The notes: a model not told the origin generated them from the letters alone. A stretch of DNA of 64,000 nt from Podarcis bocagei (GCA_964188305.1 OZ076885.1), one strand, 5' to 3'. Shown: positions 24,753 through 36,884, counted from the stretch's first letter. Numbers and translations are program-made.

Positions 24753-25133
24753 TATTAAACATAAAACTTTTCAAGAGCTGTATATTCAGAATGTAAAAAA
24801 AAAGGTTATTGGGGCAGTAAACTTATTTGACTATATTAAAATACTTATCTGAACATTACATTAGATGGACATAATACTTTTAAACACTGATGCCTTGGTA
24901 GTAATACAGAAATTCAATTTTCTAAACACTTTGTTACAAATGGCAAGCTTCTTTAAATATGCCAAACATGAAGCAATACAATTAAACATAAAATAAATTC
25001 TACTTTGCCGAAGAACCCCACCCAATCTCAGATGCCTATAATATATTCACACCATTGAGGAGGCATGATTAAGATTCAAAATTTGCTGCTCTGGAAAGTA
25101 TATTTAAATTTGTGTTAAATCCTACAATTAAAA

Positions 25134-25242
25134 GCACACAGACACCACTTCACCCAGTTGACAAAGTTGATGGAACAGTTATTAAATTTTCATTTATAAC
25201 ATCCTCCAGCAAAAGCTCGATAAGTTACTCCTTTCGGTGCTC
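25134..25242 (-). promoter_or_regulatory. Editing-site complementary sequence (ECS) for the auto-editing site
   Basis: Imperfect inverted repeat of 22495-22600. Plus strand gcacaca..ccagttgacaaag..taaattttcatttataacatcctccagc..taagttactcctttc aligns with minus-strand gcacaca..ccagttgcaaag..taaattttacatttacaaggtcctgcaac..taagttactctttc. Confidence 0.85.
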
Positions 25243-26799
25243 AAAATAACAGAAAAATAAAAGAGAGTGGATAGAAACATACAGGTTAAAAAGAGAAGAA
25301 ATAAATGTAAAATAGTGGCAAATAAAATGAAAGGAATCAATAGTTTTTCAAATTTTTAAGAACTATTTCCTTTGAAACACGTTCTGTTATATCTTAGATT
25401 TTACCTCAAATAGAAAATTTTATATGTGTACAGACATAGCCTTTTCAGAGCAGTTACATCTGCACAAAATGCTATTAAGCACACGGTTGATATTATTTGC
25501 AACATAGCAATAGCAGCAGATCAGACATGCAGATTTATTCCACCTTGAGGGAATAAATTTAAGACTGCTATGTAAGGTGATGATCCTAGAGACACACATT
25601 TGCAAGTAACCTCCCCCTTCAAGTATACATGATCGGAACCAGATTATCAAGCAATTCAGTTCCTTAGAGAAATTTATAAAATAGATTGTTCAAGATGCAG
25701 GCTTTTCGTTAACCAGTCCTGAAATGATGAAGACAGAACATTCGGAAAAAGGGCTAGTCCTTGAAAGAAGCTAAGGAACATAAATACCCAGCCTGTTGAA
25801 ATATTTGCTCTTGAAAATCATTTTCCAATTAAGCATAAACTTCCATTTGAAAACTGTAAATTCAAACATTATAGGTTTCAGTTTTTTTAAGTCCACTGCT
25901 CCTTCTTTTCTTTCTTATTAAGTGCTGAGGCTTTCAAAAATGCTTAGCCGCACACTTTCTTTCCAAAAAGGAGCTTTTGTGAATTTTTGGCCGTTTGATT
26001 TGCAAGCAGGGCAAAATTAATTGCCAGAGCTCTAGTGTCAAATCACTAAAATGACAGCATAACTGTATGATGTTTTCAAACAGTTCATGTGGGTTTTTTG
26101 GGGTACATCCCATCCTACACACTTCCTCTTTCTTTATGAGTTATTGTTTGGGCCTTTAGATCCTTAAATAGAAGACAAGTGATTTGCAAAATGTGGTACT
26201 GAATTAATCAGGAGCAGTCTATGAAAATGTCATATAAATGAAGATAGTCATTTTAAAAACACAAAGTGTGGGAAATACTTTTGGTATTTCTCATTTCATC
26301 AACTCAAGAGCAATATGCATAGCACACACATCATCCACAGTCTTCAATCATACAAAGATGTGATTCTTTATGTATTCAATGACCAAAATGCGAAGAGCTA
26401 TTGAGCGGCAATGGCTAGCAAGATTTTTTACTTTTATATTTAGATCAGTTAGCATTTAATCATAGAATCGCAGAATTGTTCTCTTCACTTCAGTGTACCA
26501 TGTGTACACTGCACAGGCCGCAAACTCCCTGGGTTTATAGAATTAATTGTGTGGTTCTCTGGATCTTCATCAGTATATTTTTGCTCTCTCTTGTATTGTA
26601 CAGACAAATAAAATGCAAAAAGGGGAATTATCCCCCCAAGAGAAAGACTCAGGCTGGAGATTTGACTTTTTCAGAAAGTCAAAAATGGCATGGTGGAGAC
26701 AGGATTGCTATGGTATAAACAATTATGCAACATTTGTTGGTGGCAGAAAGAGGTATACAATTTCCGGAGAGGTTGTCCTGTTAGTCTCTTGCAGACAAA

Positions 26800-26892
26800 A
26801 CAATGAGTCTTGTGGCACCTTAAGGATCAACCAATTTATTATGGCATGACCTTTCGTGGAGGGCAGTCCACTTCATCAGATGAATGAAGTGC
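26800..26892 (-). mobile_element. Short Penelope-derived element with hammerhead-like core (26845-26882)
   Basis: Minus strand CAU-CUGAUGA-a-GUGGA[cugccc]UCCAC-GAAAGGUC-AUG plus family tail ccttaaggtgccacaagactc. Confidence 0.6.
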
Positions 26893-28329
26893 ATATATGA
26901 TAAAATGCTGACACCCTGCTCCAGTGCCACCAAGTAGGGTAGCTCACTGGCAACAGGCACACACTCATGTTAATTGCCACTACCTGCTTGTCGCCTAAGC
27001 CAGGGCTTGTGGGAGTCCTACTGACATATGGAGTCTTCTCAGAAGTAGGGAACTCCCCTCCCAATCTCCCATCCACTTTAGCCCAGTAACACATCTCAAA
27101 CATCAAAGCAACATGGGAGCACAGTACTTGAGTGTGTTCAGAAACCCGTACAGTCAACAAATCAAAAGGAGTATTATACACTATGTGAGAATATTGGTCT
27201 ATCAACAACTGGGCAAACCAAGCCATGTGTTAAACATGCTTTCCTTCTTTTTCACATATGCTCATCTGTATCAGCCTTCTCCAACCTGGAAGGCTGATAT
27301 ACATCAGAAGCAAGGGAGGTGCCTGACCTATGGTTGCAACTATGCCATACTTCCACAAGAAGGAAAATGCTAGCTAAAATGTTCCCAGAATAAAAAGAGA
27401 GAAACAATCATGACATTAATCACAGCTGTTGAAAAGTGCTATGGTCTTTAAAATGGCTAAAACCAGCCAAAAAACCAAAGGGGTATAAAAACCCACCTCG
27501 TGATCCCAAATGATACTGAAAATATGGTGTTACTGAAGTCTGGCTGGTTTCACAAAACCACTGCGGGTGCACATTTTAATGACATGCCCAGGCATTGAGC
27601 ACAAATACTTTAGCACTTAGTAGTAAAGGCAGATAAGAAGGGATCATTAACCCTTATACTTTTGGAAGGAAATTCACATATGCATCCATGAAAAATTGCT
27701 ACCTTGTCTGCTGTGGTAGGTAAGCATGAACCAGGTATCAATGCACATTACCCAGGAACATGTATTCTAACGGTAGTGAAGATCTGCTATGACATCAGTC
27801 CTATAGCCAATATTCTTAGATATTCTAGAAACTGCATTTTAATGTGAAAACTGACTTAAAGGAACGGAGGATGAAAGTTAGGAAGGTCAACAATAAAATA
27901 AAAAGGTGTGACTCAGTGACCACAGAAATTTAAGCAAGACTATGCACATCTATTCAAAAGTAAACCACATCAAATACAGTTAGGCTTACTCTCAGGAAAC
28001 TGTGTCTAGGACTACCACCTTGGGCTTAACTTAGTGGGGCTTAGTTCTGAGTAAACATGCATACCGTTGGGCCTGCACACCCATTGAAGACAACAGCTCC
28101 TAAGCACATGAAGCATTTAAAACTTATTAATTTCAGTGGTAATTCAGTATTCTTTTTCCAGGACTGTACAAATTATTATAACATAATTCTTTCCATAGAA
28201 TAAAAGTAGGGAACTCCTCTGAATGTCAGGCGGGATTAGAAGCAAAAGGTGACTGACTTGAAAAGGGCAAGCACTAAGCAGCTGCAGAAACAGTAATGGG
28301 TTTAGCACTGTATAACATGAACATCTTAC

Positions 28330-28357
28330 TCATATTCTCTTCATCATCTTTGTCCAT
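28330..28357 (-). CDS. ADARB1: ADARB1/ADAR2 first coding exon, coding part (MDKDDEENM + 1 nt); whole exon probably 28330-28401
   Basis: Minus strand reads ttccag|AAGG...CACA ATG GAC AAA GAT GAT GAA GAG AAT ATG A|gtaag. Matches the vertebrate ADAR2 N-terminus MDIEDEENMS; phase 1 joins the next exon in frame. Confidence 0.93.
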
Positions 28358-28825
28358 TGTGAAAAAGTTCTTCAGCCTCTAGACTGGTGTAGAGTTTCCT
28401 TCTGGAAGACAAAATGTGGAATCTTGGTTATCTGTATATTTTGAATGTTTCAGCTTGCGTGATTAAGATGTCTGAGAATTAGACCAAAGTAGCTAATTTT
28501 CCAATTTACATCTGACCTGTTTTTATCCAGCTTGAAGAATATATTATGTATCCCACACTTTCTTAAAAACAAGGGGTAGGGTTTTTTCTACATGAGATTT
28601 CCCCATTTTTATCCTAATAAAAGCTCTGAGGTAGAAACTGACTGAGTGGGGATTTGAACTCAGAGATTTCTGGTGGAAGATTATAACCAATAAGGAAGGG
28701 GCAGCTAACCATCTCCAGGCCAAGGCCACAATGAACCACAGCCAGCTTTCTGGAGGCTGAAGTGGGGGTGGCAAGAATGGCTGTTAGCTGCCTTCTAAAA
28801 GGGGATGCACTGGAACTGTCATATA

Positions 28826-29051
28826 CAGTGGTACCTCGGGTTACATACGCTTCAGGTTACAGACTCTGCTAACCCAGAAATAGTGCTTCAGGTTAAGAAC
28901 TTTGCTTCAGGATGAGAACAGAAATCGTGCTCGGGCGGCATGGCGGCAGCAGGAGGCCCCATTAGCTAAAGTGGTGCTTCAGGTTAAGAACACTTTCAGG
29001 TTAAGTACAGACCTCCGGAACGAATTAAGTACTTAACCCGAGGTACCACTG
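28826..29051. mobile_element. Tigger/pogo-like MITE family B
   Basis: TA|CAGTGGTACCTCGGGTTA...TAACCCGAGGTACCACTG; internal ttcaggtta repeats. Confidence 0.88.
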
Positions 29052-30317
29052 TGTGTGTGTGTGTACACACACACACCACAACAATGGAAGCATCATTTAA
29101 ATAAATAAATAAAGACAACAGGGGAAGGGGGGGCACAAAATCACATTTGGGTGGACAGATATAGCCCACAGGCCACAGGTTAGCAACTCCTACACTATAC
29201 CAAGCAGATTGCATGATCAGCCCAGAGCTACACTGCCTGCTTTCCTAATTCTTGGCCACTTCCTAATTTGGCCACTGCTGCCAAATGTGTGACTTTTGAA
29301 TCTCTGAATCTCCCGATCATTATCTGATGTTGAAAAATACATGCATTAAAGACAATTAGCAATATATCACATCCATACTGGGTACTTTCTTGTCATATGC
29401 GGCAAGATACCAACTATGCCTATCCTTGGTTGTTTAGAACAGTATTTTTATTGTATTTTCAATAAAGTGCGGCTAAAGAAAAACAGTCCATTCGCAGAGG
29501 TTATTGCAAAGCATACATAGCTTGATACACAGAAGAGATAGGCTTGGAATCACATAAAGGCAGGGGGAGAAATAAAAAGGTCAGTTTGCCTTTTTCAAGT
29601 AGTAGACTCCCAGTCTGGAAGGACAGGGGTGTCTGCTCTGCACACACATAAAGCATCCTCATGCAAATTTCTGTATTTTGCTTTAAGATGTACTGTTCCT
29701 GTGTCTATATTTCACACTGCATTGAAAAAAGTAAATCTTTTTATGCTCAAGTAAAAGACTGGTCTGATTATTAGTGAAAAGGGGAGAGGAAGGGTAGCAA
29801 ATCCCAGGTCCAGATAGGATTCCAAATAGGCTTAACAGCCTTATTCCCTGCTCTATTGCTGTGCAAACTATTAAACTCTACTGCAATAGGCTTTAAAGAG
29901 ACAGTCAAGCCTCACAGATTTGAATGTAGGTCCATTCAAAGTGATCTAAGGATGTCCAGTGAAATAAGTGCTGCAGAGGTTTTTGAATGCTGACAAATTT
30001 TTACCACACTTAGTATCCTATGGACAGAGTCACTTATATGATGTCTCAGCATAAAGTCAACTTTATATGTATGAATACATGTTGCAAAGAAAGTGATTTA
30101 ATTTTGTTGCCAAGGGAGCAGATAAAACTTTTTCTGCCTGTCTGACTATTGACCTAATTCTGCAGCCTCACATTCAAACTGTGCTCAGAATCGTTTCTGC
30201 TTAAGAATAGCAACCCTGAGTGTCTAGGGGGCAACATGAGTAAAACATTATTTATCTTTACAGTCGAAAGCTCTTCTGTAGCTTACCCCTTACACTTTCA
30301 AAATATATTTTCTTATA

Positions 30318-30644
30318 CAGTGGTGCCCCGCAAGACGAATGCCTCGCAAGACGGAAAACTCGCTAGACGAAAGAGTTTTCCATTTTGGAGGTGCTTCGCA
30401 AAACGAATTCCCTATGGGCTTGCTTCGCAAGACGACAATGTCTTGCGAGTTCCTGCTGGTTTTTTTCCCTTCCCCCCCTTTTTCTAAGCCACTAAGCCGC
30501 TTATCAGCTGATCCGATCAGCAGATAAGCCGCTAAAAGCCGCTAATAGCGCTAATCCTTCAATGGGCTTGCTTCGCAAGACAAAAAAACTGCTAGACGAA
30601 GAGAATCACAGAACGGATTCTTTTCGTCTTGCGAGGCACCACTG
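30318..30644. mobile_element. Tigger/pogo-like MITE family A (327 bp), inverted relative to 14085-14411
   Basis: Same TIRs and TA flanks; ORFs 14200..14424(-) and 30236..30527(+) give near-identical peptides. Confidence 0.9.
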
Positions 30645-30660
30645 TACTACCTATGCTAGT

Positions 30661-31070
30661 TAAAGGTAAAGGGACCCCTGACCATTAGGTCCAGTCGTGC
30701 CCGACTCTGGGGTTGCGGCACTCATCTCGCTTTACTGGCCGAGGGAGCCGGCGTACAGCTTCCAGGTCATGTGGCCAGCATGACTAAGCCGCTTCTGGCA
30801 AACCAGAGCAGCGAACAGAAACGCCATTTACCTTCCCGCTGGAGCGGTACCTATTTACCGTATTTTTTGCACCATAACACTCATTTTTTTCCTCCTAAAA
30901 AGTAAGGAGAAATGTCTGTGCGTGTTATGGAGGGAATGCCTACGGGTGGCATGCCTACAGATTTTCCTCCTCTAAAAACTATGTGCGTGTTATGGTCGGG
31001 TGCGTGTTATAGAGCGAAAAATACGGTATCTACTTGCACTTCGTGCTTTCGAACTGCTAGGTTGGCAGGA
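30661..31070 (-). mobile_element. 5'-truncated Sauria SINE, interrupted by a MITE
   Basis: Reverse complement of the 18749 element; aaaggtaaagg tail at 30662; core ggtacctattTA|...|TAtctacttgcac split by the insertion. Confidence 0.88.
30858..31026. mobile_element. Tc2/pogo-like MITE (169 bp) nested in the Sauria SINE
   Basis: TIRs CCGTATTTTTTGCACCATAA / TTATAGAGCGAAAAATACGG with TA duplication of the SINE target. Confidence 0.88.
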
Positions 31071-31667
31071 ACCTAGGTAATTAGTTGAGGTAATTGCAGT
31101 TCCAGTGTCTAATTGCATCAAAAGTTATATTGTTGTTAAAATGATTGAATTGCTTAGTGATTATGATTTCTGTTGCCTTTTCCATCTATGAGGTCACCAC
31201 ATTTTACATCCCAACATAACAGATTCATGAGTCTTATTTATAGCTAACCATGAGCCTCAGCATGCCAAGGCAACCTTAAATGGATTTTAAAAACACCGTG
31301 CTAGATGATAAATGACAGCACTGAGCTCTATAAAGATATGTCAAACATTAAGTAAACAAAATATGCACAGTACTCTTTAAAAATTTATGGGTGGTATTCA
31401 TTTACTTAGAGTAGACAAAATGAAATTAATGGGCCTAAATTAGTCATGTTCACTCATTTCAATGCATCTATTCTGAGTAAAACTTAGTTGAATGCAATCC
31501 TACGCCTATTTAAATAGAAATCACTAAAAAAAGCATTTTTATCAATATAAAAAGCATAATGTGTCCTTAAAGTAGAAGGAGGATTTCTCATGTATGTTTT
31601 GGTATAGATACCCCTTGAAGAGTCACAAAGCTATTTGGCATAGTTAAATAATAATAATATTTGCTAC

Positions 31668-32576
31668 AGTGAAGGCGGTGACAGTCCTGTGTGAGTGTCT
31701 GGAGGCGGTTGGAGGATGGATGGCGGCAAACAGATTGAGATTGAATCCTGACAAGACAGAAGTACTGTTTCTGGGGGACAGGAGGCGGGCAGGTGTGGGG
31801 CATTCCCTGGTCCTGAATGGGGTAACCGTGCCCCTGAAGGACCAGGTGCGCAGCCTGGGAGTCATTTTGGACTCACAGCTGTCCATGGAGGCACATGTTA
31901 AATCTGTGTCCAGGGCAGCTGTGTACCAGCTCCATCTGGTACGTAGGCTGAGACCCTATCTGCCCGCGGACTGCCTCGCCAGAGTGGTGCATGCTCTGGT
32001 TATCTCCCGCTTGGACTACTGCAATGCGCTCTACGTGGGGCTACCTTTGAAGGTGACCCGGAAACTACAACTAATCCAGAATGCAGCAGCCAGACTGGTG
32101 ACTGAGAACGGCCGCCGAGACCATATAACACCGGTCTTGAAAGACCTACATTGGCTCCCAGTACGTTTCCGAGCACAATTCAAAGTGTTGGTGCTGACCT
32201 TTAAAGCCCTAAACGGCCTCGGTCCAGTATACCTGAAGGAGCGTCTCCACCTCCATCGTTCTACCCGGACACTGAGGTCCAGCACCGAGGGCCTTCTGGC
32301 GGTTCCCTCACTGCGAGAAGCCAAGTTACAGGGAACCAGGCAGAGGGCCTTCTCAGTAGTGGCGCCCTCCCTGTGGAACGCCCTCCCACCAGATGTCAAA
32401 GAGAACAACAACTACCAGACTTTTAGAGGACATCTGAAGGCAGCCCTGTTTAGGGAAGCTTTTAATGTTTAATGTATCATAGTATTTTAATATTCTTTTG
32501 GAAGCCGCCCAGAGTGGCTGGGGAAACCCAGCCAGATGGGCGGGGTATAAATAATAAATTATTATTATTATTATTA
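31668..32576 (+). mobile_element. L2-type LINE, 5'-truncated, with uninterrupted 267-codon ORF2 C-terminus and (TTA)n tail
   Basis: WMAANRLRLNPDKTE, LGVILDSQL, SRLDYCNALY.GLP, LQLIQNAAARL, HITPVLKDLHWLPV are L2 RT C-terminal motifs. Confidence 0.92.
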
Positions 32577-33640
32577 CACCATTACACAATAGTTAATGAA
32601 CAATGGCATGACCGGCAACTCATATTCTGCTATTTTATAAATCTCATTATTGTCATTTTCTCTCCATGAAAATCCAGCATGGAACACTTCCAGGAAAGTC
32701 AGGGTCTTCTGGTTGACAGGCTACCTGATGACTACATGAAACTAGCATAGGATTCTGGAACTAAGGATGGATGAACGTGTCAATTTCTGTTTCTCTTAGT
32801 TTCTAGTTTTTCCAATCTTAATTTCAGTTCCACAACAGTCTGCAATTTCTTTTTTTTTGGGGGGGGTGATGAAATCCTCATGAAAATTCATCAGCATTTT
32901 AGTGTAGATTTAAGAAGACAAGACTAGCCAATGGCCCACCTCGTCTAGCATCCTGTTCTCAGAGTGGCCAATGAGATGCCTGTGGGAAACCAGCGAGCAG
33001 AACATGAGCGCAAAAGCAGCCCTCTCCACGTCCTCCTTTCCAGCAACTGGTATTCAGAAGCACTGCTGCCTCCAACTGTGGAGGCAGAGAATAGCCATCC
33101 CGCCTAGTAGCCACTGATAGTCCTCTCCTCGTGAATTTCTCTTACAATACACATTTTTGCAAAGCAATTTTCCCTAATACAATGTGTTTCGGTATATTAT
33201 TTTCACTAATATATGCACAAGTTACCCTAATATATACATTTTGTACACATTGCTTGGCTGGAGAGCTGCACTGAAAAATTCAGAGAAGTGCCCTTTTCAA
33301 AGCTGGGCTGAGTTTTGGTTTGTTTTTTGTTTCAGAAAGTGTGGATTTTGTAAGTTTGCCTTTAAATGTAAACTGAATCCAATTTATTCCCAATCCCTGT
33401 TTGTAGGTGTGATTCCTCAAAATGGTTGCTTGGTGAGACCAGAATCCATGTATACATGATAAGTTATTCTGCCTACTGACAGGGACACATAACATAATAA
33501 AACAACACAAGACTAACCCTAGAAACTGTCAGTAATGATGCCAAATCTGGTTTCCAAACCTATCTACCAGGAGTGCAAACTCACTGCTGGGAAAGGAGAA
33601 ACTACTGTAGAATCTTATCATCATTTAAAGAAGTTCTTAC

Positions 33641-33696
33641 CTGTCCTAATGGTTGCTTACCTTCTCTGAGTATAAATGCCCACACAGGTCTTCAAC
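33641..33696 (-). other. Candidate small 5'UTR exon of ADARB1 with two alternative donors (36 or 56 nt)
   Basis: tatttcttcctag|GTTGAAG...GAGAAG|gtaagc and, 20 nt further, GACAG|gtaaga. Splice signals only. Confidence 0.3.
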
Positions 33697-33788
33697 CTAG
33701 GAAGAAATACAATATTTTTAGAATCTAAAGGAGAATGCAACACAAGTTGAATGAATGAAAGAGGCACAGTCAAATTTGTGTGATTATA

Positions 33789-34424
33789 TAGGGTTGCCAT
33801 ACATCTGGACATATCCGGAATACTGCAACCGCAAGCAGTGTCTGGTTGGAAATCGACGAAAGGTCCATGTCGGGGAACTGTCATCAGTGCCGGAGTGAGA
33901 GAGCAAGCTCCAGAGGGATCCCAGAGAGCGTCCCGGGATTGGGAGAGGCAGCCCATTTTCTGGGGAAGGGAATCAGCTTAGCTCCAGTGGAGAAGGGGGG
34001 CAGATGGGGGAATCAGAGAGGCGGTCACATGACTCCTTGCCGGGGACAAGGGGGAAAGGAAGGGTCCTCCGCTGCCTACGCCCTCCTTGCGCAGAAGGCT
34101 TCCGCGCAGGGAGAGTAGGAGGAGACTGGGCGTCAAAGAACTTCTTTGCTGGAAGAAGTTTAAGAAACACCCACTGACGGATTCTGCCAGCGATTGAGAC
34201 AGCCACGGGTGAGTGGCTGTCCGGACAGAAAAGGTTCACTTAGCCAACCCAGCCAGGTGTTGGCACAGGCTTACGCACGAGCAACCCCTAGAACCATTAC
34301 AGTCCAGGAAAATCCGGACGTATGGCAGCCCATGGCAGCAGTGTTATTTTTGCCAACAACTTTGGCCAAAAAAGCATCAAACTTTTCTGTCCAGATTTTC
34401 ACTTTCCGAAATATGGCAACCCTA
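33789..34424. mobile_element. Non-autonomous hAT-like DNA element
   Basis: TIRs TAGGGTTGCCATA / TATGGCAACCCTA; subterminal tccgga repeats; TSD unclear. Confidence 0.65.
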
Positions 34425-34766
34425 GATTACCCTAGATTACTTTCGTGATAATGCATTACTTAAGTATTTATTCTTTAGAAGCAGGTATTTGGTAGCATGA
34501 TAGGTATGGCGGGGGGGGGGGAGAAGAGTTCTATGATCTCTAGTCTGTTGCTGCTGGATAATGGAAGAGCGGTTCTTTTATTACAGAAACTGTGTCCCAA
34601 CACCACAATTTGTAGCCTGCCCTGCATTAGACTAAAAAGGAGGCATGCATCCTCTTTAATGAAGACTCGGGTGCATCATCTTCCCTTCTCTTGTGGAACC
34701 CACAGCTCAGATCTCACAGACACGACAAACCTGAGTTGCACCACTTCATTCTTACATCATTGAATA

Positions 34767-35008
34767 CAGTGGTACCTCGGGTTACATACGCTTCAGGTTA
34801 CATACGTTTCAGGTTACAGACTCCGCTAACCCAGAAATAGTGCTTCAGGTTAAGAACTTTGCTTCAGGATGAGAACAGAAATAGTGTGGCGGCGGTGCAG
34901 CCACAGCAGGAGGCCCCATTAGCTAAAGTAGTGCTTCAGGTTAAGAACAGTTTCAGGTTAAGAATGGACCTCCGGAACGAATTAAGTACTTAACCTGAGG
35001 TACCACTG
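34767..35008. mobile_element. Tigger/pogo-like MITE family B
   Basis: TA|CAGTGGTACCTCGGGTTA...AACCTGAGGTACCACTG|TA; same family as 28826. Confidence 0.9.
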
Positions 35009-35952
35009 TATGCTTCCATACACAAATATTTCCTGCATACAGGAAGCTACCATAGCAGAGAAAAGGCTGAGCTAGAGCACTTTTTCCTGGTATACTAGCT
35101 TTGTATCCAAGATTATCATACTACCTTCAATATATTTTTATTAGGACCCATCAAAATATCACAAAATTGTGAGCAAATTCCAGTTTTCCAGGACTCTTTA
35201 TCAAGCCATATGTTGAACAAAGAAACTGGGTGGGTAGAGGGAGAGAAAGTATGGGGTTTTTATTTCCAAGTCAGCAGTTCTTAAGGTGGAGTGTCAACAG
35301 TGTCATGTAAACATAACTGGACTTTATTTTAAGTATTTGGAGAAAAAGTGAAGCTTTTTTTCGGGCCAATACTGTATTACCTGTAAGGGGAAATGGACGG
35401 ATAAAGAAAGCAAAACATATGCAACCAATTACGCATCTCTCCGTCTTGTCTTTGTCTCTCAGTAGAACACTATTCAATACAAATTACCATCCCATCCCCC
35501 CAAAAAACAAAACCAAGAGCAAGCTTGTTTGTGCAGGTTGAGAATCCTGTGGGCCTGCCTGCTTCTCCATTAACTTTATCACCCATATTTCCGAGAAGAG
35601 AGACAGACACATTCTCTTGCCCAACAAACACTCTGGTTTCCAGAGGGGCAGACATGTTAGATTGTTGCAACAAAAAAGGAGGAGGATCTTTTGTTATAGC
35701 AGAAGCTTTTGTGGACTAGAATCCACCGTAAGATGCATGAAGTTGTCCGCAGCTGGCAAAGGAGCTTACATTTGTCTCTACAGTGAGGTGTGTACCTAAC
35801 ATGCCAATTCATGCACCTAATGAAATAGACGGTCCACAAAAGTTTATGCCATACTAAATTTGTTAGTTTTAAAGATGGCAACTGACTCCTTATTTTGTTC
35901 ATTCTGCTCTCCTCTACAAAGCTTGGAGGTTTTTTAAGAATCATAAAAAGTA

Positions 35953-36199
35953 CAATCATACCTTGGCTCTCGAACGGAATCCGTTCCAGAAGTCCATTCA
36001 ACTTCCGAAAATGTTCGAAAACCAAGGAGCAGCTTCTGATTGGCTGCAGGAGCTTCCTGCACTCAATCAGAAGCCCCATCAGATGTTCGGGTTCCAAATA
36101 ACATTTGCAAACAGCAACACTCACTTCCGGGTTTGCGGTGTTCAGGAGCCAAAACGTTCAAGTCACAAGGCGTTTGACAAACAAGGTATCACTTGACTG
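35953..36199. mobile_element. Degenerate Tigger-like MITE
   Basis: TA|caatcataccttgg...aacaaggtatcacttgactg; internal gttcgaa-like repeats. Confidence 0.5.
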
Positions 36200-36884
36200 T
36201 AAAGGGAAACAAAAGGGGGGTTCAAATATATATCATTTGTAGCCAGAAGATGGTGCTGCTGTTGCAGTAAAAATCACCCACGTGATTCAGACCTGTCAAA
36301 GAATAGAGCACTGTACTACATTGGTAGAAAAAGGGAATGTAAATGCCTTAATGGGTCAACAAGACCGCCTTTACACTTGTGCGTAAAATTCTAATAGTCA
36401 TCTTAATTAACTACTAGAAACAAAAGAAATAGCCAAATCCAAATCTTCTTTAACCCAAATCCATCAATTATACAAAAACATAAATCACTCAGAGCATGAT
36501 TTAAAACAGCACAACCAACCTTACACATTACATAGTACTGTTAAACAGCACCATATTACAAAGAAGTGAAATGCTACATTTATAACTTAACTCAAACCCC
36601 ATGTTATCTGGCTTTATTCCCTCCCCACTTCCATGGTCCTGAATTTTGCTGGGCCAATTCCATTTTTTAATAGAACTATGACAAGGAAGCTGGCAGAATC
36701 AAATACGCTCCTAAGGGTCTGGCTCGTCAGCAGAAAGACCAGCAGGTCCGCTTTGTCCCCAACCCCTATAATAGTTCCAGTGGTGTACAGAGCTCAAAAA
36801 CTAAAGGAAGGCATACTTGGAGCAGTGTATTTTTTGATTAACCATGTGTCAATCATCACAATTTTATAATAAGGAGGGATTAAA

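Noticed and set aside
31669-32472. 267-aa ORF as a host gene
   Set aside because: It is the truncated C-terminus of an L2 reverse transcriptase.
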